64,000 nt of DNA from an uncultured Acidobacteriota bacterium (GCA_963779415.1 CAVZYA010000002.1:960001-1024000); one strand, 5' to 3'; positions 1 to 11,594 are shown, numbered from the stretch's first letter. Notes: generated by a model from the sequence alone, not told the origin. Made by a program: numbers and translations.

Positions 1-844
1 AGTCGGCGAGGGGGAACGACGCCGGCTTCTTGGCCTCGTCGATCGCCTTCTGCGCCCCTTCCAGCGTCTTTCCCGACCCGGCGAAGAGGGCCTCGGAGAC
101 GGGACGTTTCACGGAGACGGCGACGAGGCCGGCGTCCGCGAAGGCGGCGTCGGTCCGCATCGCGACGAGATCGTCGGCCACGTCCTTCGTGAGAGGCCCG
201 GTCGCGACGAGGAGCGCCCTGGCCCCCTTCTCGCGCGCGAGGCTCGCCTTGAAACGAAGGGCGGCGAACGGAGTGAAAGGAGACTTCTCATCGTCGCCGT
301 CGGGGGAGTAGCGGAGGACGAGGACGATCTTGTCCTTGACGTCGAGCCCGGCGTAGTCGTCGTACGAGAGTTCCGGCGCCGTGATGCCGTAGCCGGCGAA
401 GACGACCTCCGCCGCCGCGCTGCCGGGGGCCGAGAAGGCGAGCGGCCGGAAGTCGGCGTCGAGGGCCCACTCCTTCCTCGCCGGTCCATCCCCGGTGACG
501 AGCGAGTTCTTCGGCCCGAGGTCGACCCCGTCGATGAAGTCGAACTTCTGGAACCAGCCGCCGTCCGTCCCCGCGGGAGCGAGGCCGAGCGTCTTGAACC
601 GTGCAGCGACCCAGTCGGCCGCGATGTCGGCTTCGGGGGTTCCGGCGCGGCGTCCCTTCAGTGCAGGCGAGGCGAGCCACGTGACGTCTGCCTTGATCCG
701 GCCGGCAGAGGCGGCATCGGCGGCGGAGACGGCGGCCGGCGCGGCGGTCGCCGCCGGAGCCACGGCGGGCTGCGGCTGGGCCAGAGCGATGGCGGGGAAG
801 GCGAGGGAGATCGCGAGAAGAGGGGCGAAGCGGTGCGTCTTCAT
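1..844 (-). CDS. M28-family aminopeptidase with PA domain (N-terminal part; runs off the window edge)
   Basis: Manual translation from ATG at 844: signal peptide MKTHRFAPLLAISLAFPAIALAQ, then RIKADVTWLASPALKGRRAGT..AADWVAARF and PA-domain VVFAGYGITAPELSYDDYAGLDVKDKIVLVLRY; not in the ORF track because there is no stop in the window. Confidence 0.85.
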   Translation of the reverse strand, partial: MKTHRFAPLLAISLAFPAIALAQPQPAVAPAATAAPAAVSAADAASAGRIKADVTWLASPALKGRRAGTPEADIAADWVAARFKTLGLAPAGTDGGWFQKFDFIDGVDLGPKNSLVTGDGPARKEWALDADFRPLAFSAPGSAAAEVVFAGYGITAPELSYDDYAGLDVKDKIVLVLRYSPDGDDEKSPFTPFAALRFKASLAREKGARALLVATGPLTKDVADDLVAMRTDAAFADAGLVAVSVKRPVSEALFAGSGKTLEGAQKAIDEAKKPASFPLAD

Positions 845-898
845 CGTCCCCCTTTTACACGACCGGCCGGAGTTGCGAAATGGGGCGCCCGCTCCTTC

Positions 899-2773
899 TC
901 ACCACGTGACCCGGACGCCGAGAGCGACGGTCCGGCCGGGAAGCGGGACGCCCGGGGCTCCCTCGTAGAGCGTGTCCGTCAGGTTCCGCCCCTCGACGTA
1001 GATCTCGGCGATCTCGCCCTGCAGGAGGTCGCGGCCGAGCCGGACGTCCCAGAGCCAGACACCGGCCGCGTAAGAGGGGCGGGCGAAGTACGAAACGCGG
1101 GTGAGCGCGTCGATCGCGAGCGGGAGCGTGCCGCCGAGAATGAGGTCCCACTTCACGTGGAGCGGGTCGAGGACGTACTTCCCTTCCGTGGCGCCCCCGG
1201 CGGCCTCCGAGAGCGCCGAAAGATCCGTGAAGAGGTACGACGCCGCGAGCGACGCGCGCGAGAGGAGCACCCCTTTCCGGCCGTGCCACGCCGCCGTCGC
1301 CTCGACGCCGCTCGTGTCGGCCGTCCGGACGTTCTCCGCGACCCACGGGACGCCCGGAGAGGAGCGGACGAAATCGATCATGTTCGTCCCGTGGCGGTGG
1401 AAGCCGACGAGGTCGAGCGCCCATCCCCCCTCGGCCCAGCCGATCCCCGCCTCGACGTTCGTCGCGCTCTCCGTCGAGAGGGACGGATTGCCCTGGTTCT
1501 GCGGATCGCGGTAGTAAAGCTCCGTGTAGGTCGGGACCCGGAAGGCCGTCCCGGCGGAAGCGCGGAGGGTGAGACGGGGAAGGAGGGCGAAGTAGACACC
1601 GGCGTGCGGCGTAAAGCGGGACCCGAAGTCGCTGGTGTCGTCGCCGCGAAGCCCGATCCGGAATCCCCCCGCCGCGGGAGCGTCCCCGTCGAACGGGCGT
1701 CCCATCTCGAGAAAGACCGCCCCGTGCCGGCGGGAGTGCGATCCGAGAACCGTCGAATCGACGGAGTCTCCCCCCGCCTCGATGCCGGCGACGACTGTCC
1801 CTCCGAGAAACGCGTGCCGCGCCCAGAGCCGCCCCAGAACGAGGCTCGTGTCGGAGAGGTTCTCGTAGAGGGAGGGGCTCGACCGATCGAGGACGAAGTC
1901 GTCGTGGTGCCCACGCCACGAGACGGAAGGGGTCAGCGTCCATCCGCCGAGCGAGAGCGTCGCCGCCGCGGCGGCGGTACGGACCTCCGTCGTCTCCTGC
2001 TGGTTCGGCGGGGCCGTTCCGTAGAAGGAATACGCCCCGTACCCGCGGCGGGCGTAGCCGAATGAAGCCGAGAGCGGGCCGCTCCCCGTCTCCCAGCGGG
2101 CCGAGCCGCGGAGGACGTCCTCCGCCTGATCCGTGTCGTCGCGGAAGCCGGACGACTCCGACCGGAACCAGTCCGCGGCGAGGGCGACGGCGTCTCCGAT
2201 CTTCGAGGCGAGACGGAGCCCCCCCGCGGCCAGCGAGTCCGAGCCGACGGCGAGACGGCCGTCGAGCTGCGCGCGGGCGCGCCCCAGATTCCCTCCGCGG
2301 GTGACGATGTTCACGACGCCCCCGACGGCGTCGGCTCCCCAGACCGCCGACCCCGCGCTGTAGAGGATCTCGATCCGCTCGACGCCGTCGAGAGGAACGT
2401 CGAGGTCCGCCGCACCGTGGATCGACTGCGGGTCGTTCATCGGCTCGCCGTCCACGAGGATCAGCGTCCCGCTCGCGTCGGTGCCGCGAAGCCCGATGTC
2501 GGCCGGTGTGCCGCCGGCTCCGCGGCGGCGGACGTCGACGCCGGCCACCCACTGGAGAACGTCGGCGACGGAGCGGCCGGGAAAGTGCTCGATCTCGGCG
2601 CGCGAGACGACACGGACGGTGGCGGAGGGATCGGCGATCCCGAGCCGCGTCGCGACGGCCCGGATCCCGGCGTCGGGCTTCTTCGGCGGCTCGTCCTCCG
2701 GCGCGGGCTCCTGCCCCCGCGCCGCCCGAGCGACGGCCGCGAAAAGGAAGAGAAGAAGAGCCCTCCGCGGCAT
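899..2773 (-). CDS. TonB-dependent receptor (BtuB-like, ~624 aa)
   Basis: C-terminal part of ORF 899..3505 from MPRRALLLFLF (signal peptide); plug motifs LILVDGEPMND and VERIEILYSAGSAVWGADAVGGVVNIVT; barrel AFRVPTYTELY, GNPSL; C-terminal aromatic residue (GVRVTW). Confidence 0.9.
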   Translation of the reverse strand: MPRRALLLFLFAAVARAARGQEPAPEDEPPKKPDAGIRAVATRLGIADPSATVRVVSRAEIEHFPGRSVADVLQWVAGVDVRRRGAGGTPADIGLRGTDASGTLILVDGEPMNDPQSIHGAADLDVPLDGVERIEILYSAGSAVWGADAVGGVVNIVTRGGNLGRARAQLDGRLAVGSDSLAAGGLRLASKIGDAVALAADWFRSESSGFRDDTDQAEDVLRGSARWETGSGPLSASFGYARRGYGAYSFYGTAPPNQQETTEVRTAAAAATLSLGGWTLTPSVSWRGHHDDFVLDRSSPSLYENLSDTSLVLGRLWARHAFLGGTVVAGIEAGGDSVDSTVLGSHSRRHGAVFLEMGRPFDGDAPAAGGFRIGLRGDDTSDFGSRFTPHAGVYFALLPRLTLRASAGTAFRVPTYTELYYRDPQNQGNPSLSTESATNVEAGIGWAEGGWALDLVGFHRHGTNMIDFVRSSPGVPWVAENVRTADTSGVEATAAWHGRKGVLLSRASLAASYLFTDLSALSEAAGGATEGKYVLDPLHVKWDLILGGTLPLAIDALTRVSYFARPSYAAGVWLWDVRLGRDLLQGEIAEIYVEGRNLTDTLYEGAPGVPLPGRTVALGVRVTW

Positions 2774-2805
2774 CTGGGGCGAGGATAACGAATCGGCCGG
2801 GGCGC

Positions 2806-3564
2806 TCAGGCGGCGCGCCGGGAGCGGGTCTCGCGCTTGGGGCCGGAAATCGCCAACGTCAGGACGAAGCCCGCATCCTCGCGCCAGAAACCGGCGAGCG
2901 GGCGATCGCCCCCCGGAACTCCCGGGGAGACGAGCGCCTCGAACCCCTTCCAGCCTCCGCCGTCGGGACGGGGGAGGCCGGGGAGGCCGGTGGCTTCGCT
3001 CTCCGACAGAATGATTCCGACCGAGAGGGTGTCGACGGCGAGGCCGACGCGAAGCGCCTTCAGGACGGCTTCCTTCGCGCTCCAGACGGCCGTGGCGAAG
3101 ATGTCGCGATCGCCGCCCGGAGAGAGCGCCCCCCACGCGTCGATCTCGTGGGGCCTGAAGAAGTCGCGGACGAACCCGGCTTCGCGGGGGGCGATCCGCT
3201 CGAGGTCGGCGCCGGCGGAGAGTCCGTCTCCCGTTTCGGCCCACGCGGCCGAGAACGCCATCCCCTCGGAGTGACTGATCGACACGCCGACGGGAAGCTT
3301 TCCGCCATCGGCAAGGCGGACGACCGGCGCTCCCGAAACCTCGGCCACGATGTCGAAGGCGTCGAGGGGAAGCTCCATCCGGACGAGGTCGGAAAGGAGG
3401 CGCGCGACGAGCGTCTTCGCCGCCAGGCGCCCGAGAAGCCAGTCGGCTCGCCGTTTCGGGATCCGAAGGGCCGCGAGCCTCTGCCGCTCGGCGGGCCCGA
3501 GCCATCCGGGCGTCCCCGCGGGAGGGACGGGAAGGCTCGCAAGGAGCGACCAGTGAATCGTCAC
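2806..3564 (-). CDS. Sfp-type 4'-phosphopantetheinyl transferase
   Basis: End of ORF 2806..5829; motifs [36 protein letters not shown]; GTG start overlaps the PKS stop (GTGA at 3561-3564). Confidence 0.9.
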   Translation of the reverse strand: MTIHWSLLASLPVPPAGTPGWLGPAERQRLAALRIPKRRADWLLGRLAAKTLVARLLSDLVRMELPLDAFDIVAEVSGAPVVRLADGGKLPVGVSISHSEGMAFSAAWAETGDGLSAGADLERIAPREAGFVRDFFRPHEIDAWGALSPGGDRDIFATAVWSAKEAVLKALRVGLAVDTLSVGIILSESEATGLPGLPRPDGGGWKGFEALVSPGVPGGDRPLAGFWREDAGFVLTLAISGPKRETRSRRAA

Positions 3565-6500
3565 AGGGTGACCGTCCCTTCGAGAGGTACGGTCCGGTAG
3601 CCCAGAAGCTCGACGAAGACGTTCCCGGCCTCGTCCACGACGCGCCCGTCGAACGACGCGCCGCCGTCGAGGGCCGTCACGACGGCCCAGAGCCGCTTCG
3701 ACTTCGCGTCTTCCTCGTCGCCGAAAACCCGGACGGACGCGAGGGCGGCGGGAAGAGCGAGGCGCTTCTTCGCTCCGACCTCCCAGATCCCGGCCGTCTG
3801 GAAGCAGAGCTCGATGAGCCGCGGCGCGACGAGCGCGGCGGCGTTCGGCGGCTCGGCGTTCGGCGGAAGGTCCTTCGCGAGGAGGCCCCACGCAGTTTCG
3901 CCGTCGACGAGGACCCCCTCGAGGACGCGATAGGCCGGACCGTGGAAGTAGACGCGGTAGACCGCCTCGCGGCCGATCGGGAGAGGGTTCTGTGTGGATG
4001 GAGGCTTCTTCGAGATCTTCGGCATCTGCCGGATCGCCTTCGTCATCAGGACCCGCGCGCGGAAGTGGAGACGGACGACGGGGGGAAGGTCCGGCTTCGG
4101 CTGCGTGACGGAGGAGAGCGTCGCCGTGACGAAGAGGTCGCTGCCGGCCCCGGCCGGGGCTGCCTTCGCCGCGAGATGGAGAGTCGACGGAAGCATCCGG
4201 AAGAACTTGAAGGGACGGACGAACTCTTCTTCCTCTACGGCCGCCACGCCGAAGCCCGGGCAGAGAACGCTCGCGATCTCGGCGAACGTCTCGGTCCCCA
4301 TGACGCCCGGAAGGAGCGGCGTTCCCTCCATCGAATGATCGAAGAGGAAAGGCTGCACCTTCGGGTCGAGGGGAGTCTCCGCGAGCAGGCCATCGTGAAG
4401 GCGCGCCGCGAGGAGGCGGCCGACGGTGACGAAGGGGCGGTCGCGCCGGGCGAGGCGGGCGTTCGCCTTCGCGGCGTCGAGGCCCCCCTCCGTATCCCAC
4501 TCGGCGCCGAGGACGCCGAGCCGACCGGCCACGACGATCTCGCCCGAGAAGGCCGAAGCGACGAGCTCCCGGCGGACCGTCGGGATTCCCGCCTCGGGCG
4601 GAAGCATGTCGATCCCGGCCGCCTCCATGATCTTCGGGATCGAGCCGCGCGTCGCCATCCCGATGCCGCCCCAGGCGGTCCAGTCGATCGCGATCGCGCG
4701 CGTCTCGGGGCGGTGCTTCCGGAGCCACGACGAGATCGAGCAGAGAAGCGCGTTGGCCGCGCTGTAGTCGGTCTGGCCGTCGTTCCCGAAGCGCCCCGCG
4801 ACCGAGCTGAAGACGACGGTCGCCCCGAGCGGCATCCCCTCGGCGGCGCGAAGGAGGGAGAAGAAGCCGTCGGCCTTGATGTCGAAGACGACGTCGAACT
4901 CCGTCGGCTCCTTGTCGGCGAGCTTGCGGGAGATCTCGACCCCTCCGGCGTGGACGAGGACGTCGATCCTCCCGTGCCGGGCGCGGATCTCGGAGACGAC
5001 GGCCTCGAGGGCGGCGCCGTCGAGGAGGTTCGCGCTTCGCCAGACGGCGGTCCCTCCGGAGTTCTCGACCGCCGAGATCGCACGAAGTGCGGCGTCCGAT
5101 CGCTCGATGCCGAGGATCGTCCGGTCGATGACGGCGGGCGTCGGCTTCTCGCCGCGCCGCTTCGCTTCTTCGATGAGCGCTCTCTTCAGGGCTTCCCGGT
5201 CGGTTCGGAAGAGGGCGATCTTCGGGTCGTCGCGTCGCGGCTCCGGAACGAGATCGAGAAGCCAGAACGTGCCGCCCGAGGCGGCGGCGAGGTCGGCCAC
5301 GATGGCGCTCGTGATCCCTCCGGCCGCGCCCGTAACGACGAAGACGGACTCCTTCCCGAGGGTGAGCCCGGGCGTCCCGTCGCGGGCGGGACGCTCCTCG
5401 AGGCTCACCGTCCAGCGAAGGCCATCCTTCCGTCCGGCCTCGACGACGCCGGGATCGGCGAGCGTCTCTTCGAGAAGCGCCTCGGTCACGTCCGCGGCAT
5501 TCGCTCTTTCTTCGACGTCGACGACTTTCACGAGCGCCCCGGGGCGCTCGCGCTTGTATGCCTTGGTGAAGCCGGCCACGGCGCCGCCGAGCGGGGCCGT
5601 GGCGCCCTCCGCCCCTTCCCCGAAAAGGCCCCCCATTCGCGTCGCGGAGACGAGGAAGGTACCGGGCGAGGCGACCGCGTCGTAGAGGACGCGCATCGCC
5701 GCGTGGAGGCTCTTCGTCCGGCGGCGGTTCGCGTCGCGGAAGGCGGCGAGATCGAGGGTGAGGAGCGAAGGCTCGACATCGAGGGCGGGGAGCCAGTAGA
5801 CGCCGTGGACCGGCCCTTCGGTGAGCCATCTCCGAAGCCGGGCCTCGAGGGCGGCGGCCGGACCGTCCGCGAGGACGAGGACGGCGACGCCCCTCTTCTC
5901 GAGCCGCGTCTTCAGCTCTTCCGCGACCCCCCCTTCGTCGGGGGCGACGACGACGCGGCTTCCCGCTCCGAGCGCCACGCCGGTCGACTTCATCAGGTCG
6001 ATCGGGGGCCGGAGCGACGGGACGGCCACGCGCCTCGGGACGCGGTCGGCGTCTTCGAGCGTGGCCGGTAAGGCTTTCGCAGGTGCGATCAGCACCTTTT
6101 CTTCGAGGGGGAGAGGGGGAGGCGCAGAAGCAGAGCCGGTTGGCGGCAGCGCACCGGCGATGATCTCTGCCTTTTCGCTTTCGACGCTCGCACGCGCCGA
6201 AGGCGCGGGCGCGAGTTCCGGCCGGTGGGTATAGACGAACTGGACGACATGGCGGAGCGTGGGGAAGTCGCGGAGCTTGAGGCTCTCCTGTCTCGGGATG
6301 TTCCAGGTCTCGCGCACGGCGGCGAAGGTCTCGGCCTGCTTGACCGTGTCGACGCCGAGGTCGGCCTCGAGGTCGAGGTCCAGCTCGAGCATCTCGGGGG
6401 GTAGCCGGTCTTCTCGGCCACGATGGCGAGGACCTTCGTCACCACATCGTCTGATGCCGGTAAGGCAGCCGCGGGGGCAAGGAGCACCTTTTCTTCGAGG

Positions 6501-9500
6501 GAAAGAGAGGAGACGGGCCGTGGCTGTTGCAGTGCCGAAGGCGCGGGTGCGAGCTCGGGGCGGTGGTCGTAGACGAACTTCACGACGTGCCGGAGGGTCG
6601 GGAAGTCGCGGAGCTTGAGGCTCTCCTGTCTCGGGATGTTCCAGGCCTCGCGGACGGCGGCGAAAGTCTCGGCCTGCTTGACGGTGTCGACGCCGAGGTC
6701 GGCCTCGAGGTCGAGGTCCAGCTCGAGCATCTCGGGCGGATAGCCGGTCTTCTCGGCCACGATGGCGAGGACCTTCGTCACGACCTCGTCCGACCCGCTG
6801 ACCGCTGCGGGGGAGGCCTGCGCAGAGGCAACCAACACCTTCTCTTCGAGGGGGAGAGAGGCGAGCCGGAGCGGCCGACGGCGCGGGCGCGCGTCGTCTC
6901 TCCCGTCTCCCCGCCCGGGGCGCGGCGAGCGGGAGACGTCCCCCACTTCCAGCGGCTCGGAGCGGGGGAGCGGGCCGGCGCGCCCTTCGACGCGATCCGG
7001 AGATTCCGTTTCACGACCTCGAGCTCGGGGGCGTCCTCGCCCGTGATCTCGGCCAGCCAGCGCCCGTAAAGCGCCTTGTCGTCGACACGGTCGAGCGGGC
7101 CGGGGACCCGGCGCGTGAACGTGAGGGAGATCTGCGAGCCGAAGCCGGCGGCGAGGTGGATCGCGTAGGTCGACGGGGTACCGCCCGCCGCGCGAGAGGT
7201 TCAGGAGGCCGAGGTCGGGGTCGACCTCGCGGAAGTTCGGGACGGGGGGAACGATTCCGTGCTCGAGGATCTTCACGGCGATGACGTCCTCGATCCCGAC
7301 TCCCATCGGGTGGCCGGTGAACCCCTTCGTGTTCGCGACGACGATCTCGCTCGCCCCGGGCCCGAAGACGCTGCCGAAGGGCGGCGACCTCGGCGGAGGC
7401 GCTCCCGCCGCGGGCCGGCGTGAAGGTCTCGTGCGACATGAAGACGGTCTCGCGGAGCGATCGAGCGCCGGTCGATCCCGAAGCGGCGCTCGGCGGAGGA
7501 GACGAGGCTCTCGACGACCTGCGCGATGTGCTCCACGTCGAGGCGCGTCCCGTGGAAGGCGCTGTTCCGCGTCTCGGTGGAGAGAAGCTCCACGATGCCG
7601 CGCATCCCGCGCTCCTCGACCGCGTCCTGGCTCTCGACGACGAGGGCGCACGCCCCCATCCCGATCGAGGGTCCCGTGGCGGCGGCGGTCGAAGGGGAGG
7701 GCCGCCTCCTCGACCTTGTCGTCCGTCGCCGCGGCGCCGGTCGCGAGGAAGCCGGCGCCGATCCACGGGAAGAGATTCGTCGCCCGATGACGTTGTCGGC
7801 GCCGATGACGAGGACGCGGCGGCAGCGGCCCACGCGGATCCAGTCCTCGGCCAGCGCGATCGCCTGGGCCGTCGAGGCGCAGGCGGCGTTGACCTGGGTG
7901 TTGGGGCCGCGCGCGCCGACGTACTCGGCGAACTGGCTGTGCCCCATGGAGAGGATCCGGAAGCAGGAAGCGCCGGTCGAAGCGTACGGGTTCTGCGCGA
8001 GCTCGTCGTCGAGCAGGCCGATCCGCCGGCGGATCTCCGCGATCGTCGCGGCGTCGCGCGTCGTCCGGAGAAGATCCTCGAGCGTCGCCTTCTCCTTCCG
8101 GCCGCGCCTCGTACGGCGTGGAAGCGGGACATCTCGTCGGCGAAGCGGTCGTAGCCGGGGAAGGCGCTCGCGAAGATGACGCCCGTCTCGTCGCGGAGCG
8201 GCTCCGGGAGCAGCCACCGGTCGGGGAGGAACCTCCCCGTCGTCGTCTTCTTCCAGGTCTGGACGAGCGGGATGCCCGCCTCGCGCAGGGCGTCGAGGCC
8301 GGCGGCGATGGCGAGCTGCGTCGTCATGTCGAGCGCCTCCGACGAGCTTCTCGGGGACGCCGTACTCCGCGGCGAGGTCGAAGGCGCCGGGGCGCGCCGC
8401 GAGCTTGATGACGTCGTCGGTGTCTCGATCGTCTCGAAGCGGCCGCTCCCGTCCTCTCCCTTCACGACGCGCGTGACCTTCCGGTCGCGGCATGGCGCTC
8501 GCGGAAACGCTCGGGAAGGAGGGCGACGAACTGCTCGCCGCCGAGGATCCGCGCGGCGTTCTCCGGGTCCATGACCGGCTTGTCGGCCCCGGGAAGGCCG
8601 AGGCCGGTGCCGCTGATGACGATCGAGCCCGCGGGGACCTCGTTGCGGTCGAGAGCGCCGCGGGGGCCGGCGTCGAGCTGCCGGAGGGTCTCGGAGAGCA
8701 GCGCCTTCAGCTCGGCGATCGGCGGCCGAGGAGCCGACGGCGGGGGCCGAGGCGTGCGAGACCGTCGCGAGAGCCGGGACGATCTTCTCCGCCGGACGGC
8801 CATGTCCCGCGGCCCAGAGGCCGCAGAGGGCGTGGGAGAACGTCGGGACGTCGCCGGGCTTCGGCGCGTTCGTGAAGAGCGAGACGAGGCCGTCGCGTCC
8901 TTCGAGGACGTCGTCGACGAACCCTTTCAGCGCGCGCTTCGGCCCGACCTCGACGAACGTCCGGGCCCCTTCGGCCCAGAGCGTCTCGAGTCCCTTGACC
9001 CACTGGACGGGGGAGGCGATCTGCCGCTGGAGGATCTCCTTGATCTCGCCGGGCGTCGTCCGGGTAGAGGTCCCCCGTCACGTTGGCGACGACGGCGAGG
9101 CGCGGCGGCGAGACGCGAGAGGCGGTCGAGCACCTTGCGGAGCGGCCCGCTCGCGGGAGCGACGATCTCCGTGTGGAAGGCGTGGCTGACCGGAAGGCGC
9201 ATGACGTGGTAGCCGCGCTTCTGAAGCGCCTCGACGGCGGCCTCGACGGCGGCCGGGCTCGCCGCCGATGACGCACTGGGCCCGGCTGTTGATGTTCGCG
9301 GCGACGACGTAGCCGTCGATCGTCCGGAGGACCGCTTCGACCACCTCGACGGAGGCCATGACGGCGGCCATCTCGCCGTTGTCGGCGAGGGAGACGTGCG
9401 TCATCTCGCGCCCGCGCGCGGCGGCGGCCTCGAGGGCATCGGCGAAGGGCATCACCCCGGCGGCGACGAGCGCGCCGTACTCGCCGAGCGAGTGGCCCAT

Positions 9501-11594
9501 CACCATCTCGGGCTCGAAGCCGTAGACTCGCGAGCGAGCTCGACAGAGCGCGATGTCGGCCGTCAGCATCGCGGGCTGCGTGATGGCCGTCTGCTTGAGA
9601 GCCTCCTCGGCCTCCCGGAGCGCCTCGGGGTCCTTGGCGTCGACGAAGACGAGCGACGTGAGCGACCGGCCGAGGATCGGCGTCGATGACGCGGTCGGCC
9701 TCGTCGAAGACCGCCCGGGCCTCCGGGAGCCGCGAGGCGAGGTCGCGCCCCATGTTCACGTACTGGCTCCCCTGCCCGGGGAAGAGGAAGGCGAGCTTTC
9801 CGGCGGCGGGGCCGCTGCCGCGGAAGATCCCCTGCGACGCGAGGGCCGTGAGGGCCTTCGGCGCTTCCGGCCTCGAGCGCCTTCTGCGTCTTTCCCAGCT
9901 TCTCGAGAAGCTCCTCGCCGATCCGAAGTCGATCGACGAGCCGCTCGCGCGCGGCAAGGACGTCTGCCCCGGGGCGCGCGGCGGGGGGAACGAACCCTTC
10001 CTTCACCCGCGCCATGAGGGCGTCGAGATCGCGCCCGAGGGCTGCCGGAGAGTCCGCGCCGAGGGCCGCGACGCCGCGGAGGGGGGTCTTCTCGGGTCGT
10101 CTCGCCTCCGGGGCGACGGCGGCGGGAACGGACGAGGGAACGGAAACGGCGACCTGGTCGCGTCCTTTCGACGTCAGCATCCCCGGAACGTGCTCCTCGA
10201 GGACGAGGTGGAAGTTCGTCCCGCCGAAACCGTAGGCCGAGACGCCGCAGCGCCGGGGCGTCCCGTTCTTCGTCTTCCAGTCGCGAGAGCTCGTGGGCGA
10301 GGCGGAAGGGGCTCGTCTCGAAATCGATGTTCGGGTTCGGCGTCCCGGCGTTCAGCGTGGGCGGGAGCTTCTTCTCGTGGACGGCATAGACCGCCTTGAG
10401 GAGGCCGGCCGCGCCGGCCGCCGCCTTCAGGTGGCCGACGTTGCTCTTGGCCGAGCCGAGCGCGATCGATCCGCGCGGGGCGCCCCCGAAGACCGACGCG
10501 AGGCTCTCCACCTCCACGACGTCGCCGACCTTCGTGCTCGTCCCGTGCGCCTCGATGAGGCGTGCAGGTGGCCGGGTCGAGCCCGGCGTCGCGCCAGGCC
10601 CGCTCGACCGCGAGCTGCTGCCCGGCCGGGTTCGGCGCCGTGATCCCTTTCCCTTGCCGTCGCTCGACGCCGCCGATGCCGCGCAGAACGCCGTAGATCC
10701 GGTCGCCGTCCCGCTCGGCGTCGGCGAGGCGCTTCAGCAGGAAAGCCGCGCACCCTTCGCCCATGACGAAGCCGTCGGCGCCGTCGCCGAAGGGGCGCGT
10801 CCCGGTGGCCGAGAGCGCGCCGATCTTGCAGAACTTCACGAAGGTCGAGGGGCCCATGTTCCGGTCGACGCCGCCCGTGAGAACGGCGTCGCAGTGCCCG
10901 CCGGCGAGGAGGTCCATCGCCGCGTCGACGGCCGCGAAGGTGGAGGCGCAGGCCGCGTCGGTGATGAAGTTCGGACCGCGGAGGTTCAGGACGTTCGCGA
11001 CGCGTCCGGAGATGATGTTCGGCAGCTCGCCCGGCATCGAGTCCTCGGTGATGGGGGGGAGCATCGCCGACACCTTCTCGTGCCAGCGCGGCGAGGATCG
11101 CCTTCGCGGACGCTCGCGGGAAGTGTCGAGAACTCCGTCACTCCTTCCAGTGCCTTGCGCCAGCTCGGGGAAGAAGACGCGGTGCGCCGTGAGGTAGTGA
11201 AGCTCGCCCCCCATCGCCGTCCCGAGGACGACTCCCGTCCGCTCGGTGTCGAGCGGACGATTCGGCCAGCCGTAGTCGGCGAGCGCCTCGGCGGCGATCG
11301 TCACCGCCCACTGCTGTCCCTCGTCCATCGCCGAGGCGACCTTCGGCGGGATGTGAAACCGCTTCCAGTCGAAGGTGAAGCCGCGGACCCAGCCGCCGAT
11401 CTTGCTGTACGTCTTGTCGGGGGCCGCCGGGTCGGGGTCCAGAAGTCGGCCGGGTTCCAGCGCTCGGGCGAGACCTCCGAGATGCAATACCGCTTCTCGC
11501 GGATGTTCTTCCAGAAGGCGGGGGCGTTCGGGGCGTCGGGGAGGATGGCTCCGATCCCCACGATCGCGGCGGCGCGGCTCTGGCGTTCGCTCAT
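3561..11594 (-). CDS. Type I PKS/FAS, KS-AT-KS-ACP-ACP-KR-DH (~2,680 aa), split by multiple frameshifts
   Basis: Stitched from ORFs 11301..11777, 10174..11487, 9756..10517, 9563..10180, 8707..9957, 9078..9569, 8927..9202, 8462..8803, 7011..8465, 7273..8493, 6089..7651 and 3561..6392. KS1 [20 protein letters not shown]; AT FPGQGSQ/GHSLGEY/VSHAFH; KS2 NAACAST/MSHETFT/TKGFTGH; two ACPs; [29 protein letters not shown]; [14 protein letters not shown]. Confidence 0.9.
6225..6790 (-). repeat. Tandem near-identical ACP-domain repeats inside the PKS
   Basis: Two ~220-bp copies encoding [46 protein letters not shown](A/T)[21 protein letters not shown](K/Q)FVY(D/T)HRPELAPAP at ~6570-6790 and ~6225-6450. 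Confidence 0.9.

Noticed and set aside
1-2773. TonB receptor and M28 peptidase as part of the PKS cluster (e.g. siderophore)
   Set aside because: The receptor has its own -10 box, and there are no NRPS or siderophore genes; linkage is unsupported.
899-5829. Apparent giant N-terminal extensions on the TonB receptor (899..3505) and PPTase (2806..5829); likewise folP, thiolase and sulfatase ORFs
   Set aside because: Upstream parts are stop-free off-frames of neighbouring genes; true starts are marked by signal peptides, gene overlaps or -10 boxes.
6225-6790. Direct repeat as a CRISPR array or mobile-element terminus
   Set aside because: In-frame ACP domain duplication; no spacers, cas genes or transposase.
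3561-11594. Calling the PKS pfaA (PUFA synthase)
   Set aside because: Extra active KS, Thr-type ACPs and no pfaB/C/D in the window.
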